From: Cirrosporium novae-zelandiae
Taxonomy: Eukaryota
NCBI GenBank assembly: GCA_026023565.1
Contig: JAPETS010000001.1
Span: 372,001-436,000, forward strand
Reading direction: 5' to 3'
Length of the DNA: 64,000 nt
Shown here: positions 59,240 to 64,000 of the stretch, piece after piece
How the letters are laid out: each line of letters starts with the position of its first letter
Position numbering within the stretch: the first letter of the stretch is position 1
Notes under the pieces: generated by a model
Seen by the model: only the letters and a program-made list of their open reading frames with translations
Databases searched by the model: none
What the model was told of the DNA's origin: nothing
Translations under genes and position numbers: made by a program

Positions 59240-61688
59240 ATGTCTTCGCAGCTTGGAATTGGGGCTGGTGAGTTTGACCCTTTTCAATATTCATTGGTTT
59301 CCTCTACCGGACAGCATACCTACTTGCGAGGTAGGATGCGATAGGGCTGTGGTAACATGATGCTAACTCAAACCTCCCAATACAGTAATATGGATCAGCG
59401 TAAAGCCCATCATCAAGATGGCTGCTATAGCTGCTGGAGGTGCCTATTTTGCACACAAAGGTCAATTCTCCCAATCATCTTGTGTCTTTCAGCCAGCAGA
59501 TCAAATGTATTGATACATGATAAACATAGGCTTCCTCACCCCTGAAGCCTCCAGGGCCTTTTCCATGGTTATATTGAATTTTCTGCTGCCATGCCTGATC
59601 TTTAATACTGTCATACCGAGTTTCACAGGCAACATGGACTCTGCACTCTTGTTGTTGATTACTGGTTTTTTCTACCAAAGTGAAGACACCCCATGTAGAT
59701 ACATACTTGTGGCCAAGGATGCTTGCTGACTAGAAGAAGTCATGGGTCTCGTTTTTGGATTTATCGTACGCTGGTTTACGCCGGTACCACCGACCTGGAA
59801 AGGCGGGGTTCTAGCTACAGGTAGGAGTTCTTTCAAGGCTGAAAATTATCTCTGATGAACTTCCTAACCCTCGCTAAAGGTCTATTCAACAACTGGGGAG
59901 ATCTCGTGAGCAGAAACACGTGCATTGAGGCTTGAGTAAAACAACACCTCTTACATATCTCAGGTCATTGCGTATATTACTTCCATTGGAAATAGCAAAC
60001 CTTTTAGTGGGGAGACTGATGTCGGACCCCCCCTCAGTTTCTTGTGGCTATGATTAACGGATATGATAGATTGACCATGGAGAAGCGTATGCCTCTCTTT
60101 TTATGGTGGTTCAGATGGTTTCTCTGTAAGGCTCGTAGCATATATCCCCTAACCCAGTTACTCATGCCGTCATTAGCTTCAATTTAGGAGGTTTGCAACT
60201 TATCCGCAGTGACTTTACCCACAAGAAGGAAACAGATGTGGAAGATCAGAAACACACATCTATCGTCAAGTCCACCGCATCTGCTGTTGTGAACCACGCC
60301 CGACGTACCACTGATTTAGTCTCCCGTGGAATCTCGAACGTTCGAAGAAGGTCCTCAGTGCAATCGGGGCCACGTCCAAACGCATATCAACTTCGTCAGT
60401 TGACTTCCGATGGTGCACCTACTGTCATCAACCGTCTTAACGAGGTGAACAAGGACAGCAATGGCACTGCTCTTGCCACATCCACTTCAGGACCGAATTC
60501 TGCTTGGAAGAATATCCATAACCAATCTCCATCTCCAGTATTTGAGAACGACGAGTACTTAACGACTCGCGAACTTTCCGAGTCTCAGGCACAAACTGCT
60601 GTCAACTCCCGTGTTCCATCTCACCATGTTCCGTCAATACGTGAACCTTCCGTTAAGGAGTCAAGTTCACAGACTCCTGTCAACTCTCGTGTTCCATCTC
60701 ATCATGCTCCGTCAATTCGTGAACCATCTATTAAAGAGTCAAGCTCACAGGAAGAAAGTATACCGCCCAAACCTACCAAGAAGACAATACCACAAAGGTT
60801 ATGGTCATTGATAAAACCACTCTGTACCCCTCCATCATTGTCAATGATTTCTGCCATAATTATAGCCAATGTGCCACAATTGACCGCTTTGTTCACGACG
60901 ACCAGCAAGGCAAGCATGCCAAATGCTCCGGATGGCAAGCCACCACTGGATTTCATTATGGATATTTCCGATTTCGGAGGCCAATCAGTGCCGGTCATAG
61001 GTATGATACTTCTCGGTGGTGCTTTATCGAGGTTATCGATCCGTGATGTCCCCAAAGGTTTTTGGATTTCGACTTTGTCAATGTCAATCCTTAAGCTAAT
61101 AATTGGTATGTAATGGACCTTTATCTACGTTGTCGGATCAAGCTAACCCTACCAAGGGGCAATAATTGGATTGGTATGGACGACTCAAGTTGCGACTAAA
61201 ACAGGTCTCCTCGACAAGAGCAACCTGATGCTTCAATTTGTAATGATTATTAGTGCTGGGGGTAAGACTCTCGTAGATTTTTGTCTCTATTCTTTTTGAA
61301 TAACCTTTGTTGCAGTTCCTTCGGCTACGACCCAGATTTATCTCACCAATATATTTGCTCCTGTAGGGGGTGAGAAATGCACAGAGATATCCGCACTCTC
61401 CATGTAAGGTATCCCATATCTGCGACTTTAGCTAGATTACTGACAAAATCAAGGATGCTACTATCTGAGTATATATTAAGTAAGTGTTCCTCCCCTATCA
61501 ACTTAATGTCGGTGCGTGCAATCTAGCAGACGACTCGGTCACCACTCATCGTTGCGTGAAACCATTCCGGAAGTACCGAATTGGATCCATTGTGACTATA
61601 TCCCTTTTGCGACAGCTTCATACTAACTTTGGTAGTGTTGCCAACCCTTGCTACTTTGGTATCTTACACTTTGATGAAAGTCCTTTAG
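59240..61688 (+). CDS. Auxin efflux carrier (Mem_trans/ECM3-like) membrane transporter, about 12 exons
   Basis: Reassembled IWISVKPIIKM, LNFLLPCLIFN, FNNWGDL, large hydrophilic loop, PDGKPPLDFIMD..GGQSVPVIGMILLGGAL, VPSATTQIYLT, ending LVSYTLMKVL*. All joins are phase-compatible GT-AG. Confidence 0.88.
60595..60750 (+). repeat. In-frame 78-bp tandem duplication (2 copies) in the transporter loop
   Basis: TAVNSRVPSHHVPSIREPSVKESSSQ followed by TPVNSRVPSHHAPSIREPSIKESSSQ. Confidence 0.95.
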
Positions 61689-63194
61689 ACGGTAATTATA
61701 AAAAGAGATGAGGCTCTTATGACTTTACGTATTGACGATAATTAATATCGATTGCGTTGATTAATGGGGAATAGCCCTAGATAGAAAGGGTATAGGATAG
61801 GCTTTATATAAGTGTTGGGATAGAGATAATTTTTTTGCTACTCTGAGGAAATGGCTAATTTGATATTGTGATTTGAACTTCAAAATGTTTGGTGGATAAT
61901 TTTCACTCAATTATTCTAGTCTGGGGGATTTGGTAATGAGCTAATAATATAAATTTTTAGTTCAAGTGCTGGCAGCCTGATAGAGAGGGAAAAAAAAGCC
62001 GACGATGATGATGACGATGATGGTAGTGGTGGTGAAGTGTGTGTCACATGGGTGGGGGGGGGGGGGGCTATGGAAGCAGTAGTGAGCAGAGAGCAGAGAA
62101 CAGAAAGTAGAAGGCAATGGCATCATTATCCACTTTCCCGGTGTGGCTTATGTGACTATTATTGTGGGTGGCTAATGTCTAGCTATCTTCACGATAGCGC
62201 CGCTAATGTTGTTCTTGTTGATGTTTTTTATATCTTCCTAGTCATCTGGGAACATTGGACCATTCCTGTTCCGTAGATGCCATGAAATATTCATTGGCTT
62301 GGATTGAACGCCCGGTCTTGCTGGGTGCAAGTGTGTGTAGGACAAAATCCCAGAGATAGGATACTTAGGATACATAAGAATAGCTATCCAAGCAAATTGC
62401 AAATAGTGACAAGCATCTAAACTTTGGCCTATCCCTGGCTCCCTCTCAAGATCAAGCCGGTGCCTTTTAACAGGCTGATAGAAGCCAATAATATCTGGGA
62501 AAAATGCGAGAAGTGCGTCACTCGTCTGATGTCGTAGTTGGGTAGTTATCGAAAAAAAAAAGCAGGTTGGCGAGGTTGAAAACAACGCGTATTCATTCAT
62601 TTATTGTCAACGATGTAGCAGTAGACCGTAGACCATGTCGTATGTATGTAATGAGAAAATTCTTGAATGCCAATAAACTACACATCATCCATCTCTCTTC
62701 CTCTTCCGCCCGCCGCTTACCCTTTCTAAGCAATCGCCACTATCACTGTTCCGCTCTGTCCACTTCTCGCTCAAAAAATATTCCTACGACTGAATTCTTA
62801 AAAAAAAAAAAAACTGTAACCTTCAACGCATCCCATTCCGGGCGAATTATCTTTCTTCTATACTCCACGTACCTTCGACAACGCTATCTCTTCCTACTAG
62901 TCAGCTCGGCCTTTTCCCCGACATAATTCATGGCAAGCGAGAATATAGTTTTAGAACCAAATTCTTGATTGAACAACAGTGAGGCAAAGCTGGAAGGTGG
63001 CGTCTAAAGGCACACAAATCCAAGATCGAAGAGACGGTCAAGTACACACATTCATAGTGAAGGAAAATACCTGCGGTTACAGGCCGCCTTTTGAGGAATC
63101 TCTTCCCCCCCACCTACCGCATGTGGCAAGACATGCAAGAGCTGACATCTACAATTTACTCAATCTTCCACCTCTTCCAAACCACCTTTTCATC

Positions 63195-64000
63195 ATGGCC
63201 TCTGAAGAATCTGCTCCCACAGACATTGCCGTAGATGGCACCCCAGAATCTCCTTTACGCTCTCCAACCTCACCGGTTTCGCCAAAAATTCCTATCGATC
63301 TACCTCGTCTACCTTCTCTACGTTCGACATCTGATCCCGAAACAAGAAAGGGCATGACAATGTCCTCGACACCACTCGGAAATGTGAATGCTGCGAGACG
63401 CCCTCCAGCATCGTCACAACAATCGTCTTTTTTGAGGTCTGGTGGCGCATCTTTAGATGCTCTCGAACGCGCCAAAGCATATTCCCAATCAAGACAAGGT
63501 GTTCCAACACTACGAATGGGAGGATTTCCCCCACATGCCTTATCTACAAACCAAATCCCTTTACAATCTCCTCATACGCCAAATGGTCCTCTTGGTCCTG
63601 CCTTTGCATCTCCTGGGGGGATAAAACCTGGGCCGCCTGGGGGACCACTGATGGGAAGTGCTGGCGGTATCAGATTACCTCCGAATGCAAGGCCTTCACC
63701 GCAGAACTGGGCCTCTGCGCCGCAGTTACCAAATGCAAGGATGCCTCCAAAAATGGGAGGACTGGCAGCAAAAAGAGGGCTGAACCGAGGGTTGAAGTTG
63801 TCGGACATAGCTGGAAGCAACGACTCACCGCAGGACGGGGGGAAGGATACCGGTGCTGGCGACTCCAAGGACTCGAAAGATAAAGATGGTCCAATGGGAT
63901 CGGCTTTCAATAAATACTCGGAGTTTGTGGATACAAAAGCTGGAACCCTCAATTTCAAAAATAAGGCAGTTATACATGGAGGAGGAATTGACTTCAGTAG
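63195..64000 (+). CDS. PBS2: HOG-pathway MAP kinase kinase Pbs2, N-terminal part (runs off window end)
   Basis: Open frame from ATG 63195 to the edge: GGLAAKRG..GLKLSDI, then FNKYSEFVDTKAGTLNFKNKAVIHGGGIDFS, the conserved pre-kinase segment of Pbs2/Wis1. Kinase domain lies outside the window. Confidence 0.88.
   Translation, partial: MASEESAPTDIAVDGTPESPLRSPTSPVSPKIPIDLPRLPSLRSTSDPETRKGMTMSSTPLGNVNAARRPPASSQQSSFLRSGGASLDALERAKAYSQSRQGVPTLRMGGFPPHALSTNQIPLQSPHTPNGPLGPAFASPGGIKPGPPGGPLMGSAGGIRLPPNARPSPQNWASAPQLPNARMPPKMGGLAAKRGLNRGLKLSDIAGSNDSPQDGGKDTGAGDSKDSKDKDGPMGSAFNKYSEFVDTKAGTLNFKNKAVIHGGGIDFS

Noticed and set aside
8633..63958. Many antisense or alternate-frame ORFs nested in long genes
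   Set aside because: Shadows of real coding sequence; no independent motifs.
1..64000. CRISPR arrays, rRNA, intact transposons, TPP riboswitch
   Set aside because: No repeat-spacer arrays, rRNA signatures, transposase/RT ORFs, LTR pairs or TPP aptamer consensus were recognised by eye.

Overview
Eukaryotic DNA from a filamentous ascomycete (Pezizomycotina, inferred from gene content and short GT-AG introns with CTAAC/CTGAC branch sites). About 20 protein genes, most of them spliced, can be rebuilt by hand: Arl2 GTPase, a disordered-region plus GNAT acetyltransferase, DIP2/CPS1-type ligase-like protein, DRS1 helicase, an SDR, an uncharacterised 670-aa protein, a CVNH lectin, carnosine N-methyltransferase, a PAC4-like chaperone, Hsp20, GH5 endoglucanase, GH13_5 alpha-amylase, an F-box-like protein, transportin Kap104, an Upc2-like Zn2Cys6 factor, UCH37, SSH4, class II cAMP phosphodiesterase, an auxin-efflux-carrier-family transporter and the 5' part of MAPKK Pbs2. 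The best leads are: (1) a PARP-type zinc-finger-like motif in the 670-aa protein; (2) a frameshifted multi-zinc-finger relic at about 32.5-33.5 kb resembling the tail of DUF3435 (Starship captain-type) tyrosine recombinases, inside an accessory-looking segment that also holds a second decayed gene; (3) a tRNA-like Pol III element at 18.3 kb; (4) tandem Ded1-like PPHLR motifs fused to a GNAT domain. All family calls come from motif recognition by eye, no database search was run, and exon boundaries are manual estimates. No CRISPR array, rRNA or intact transposon was seen.
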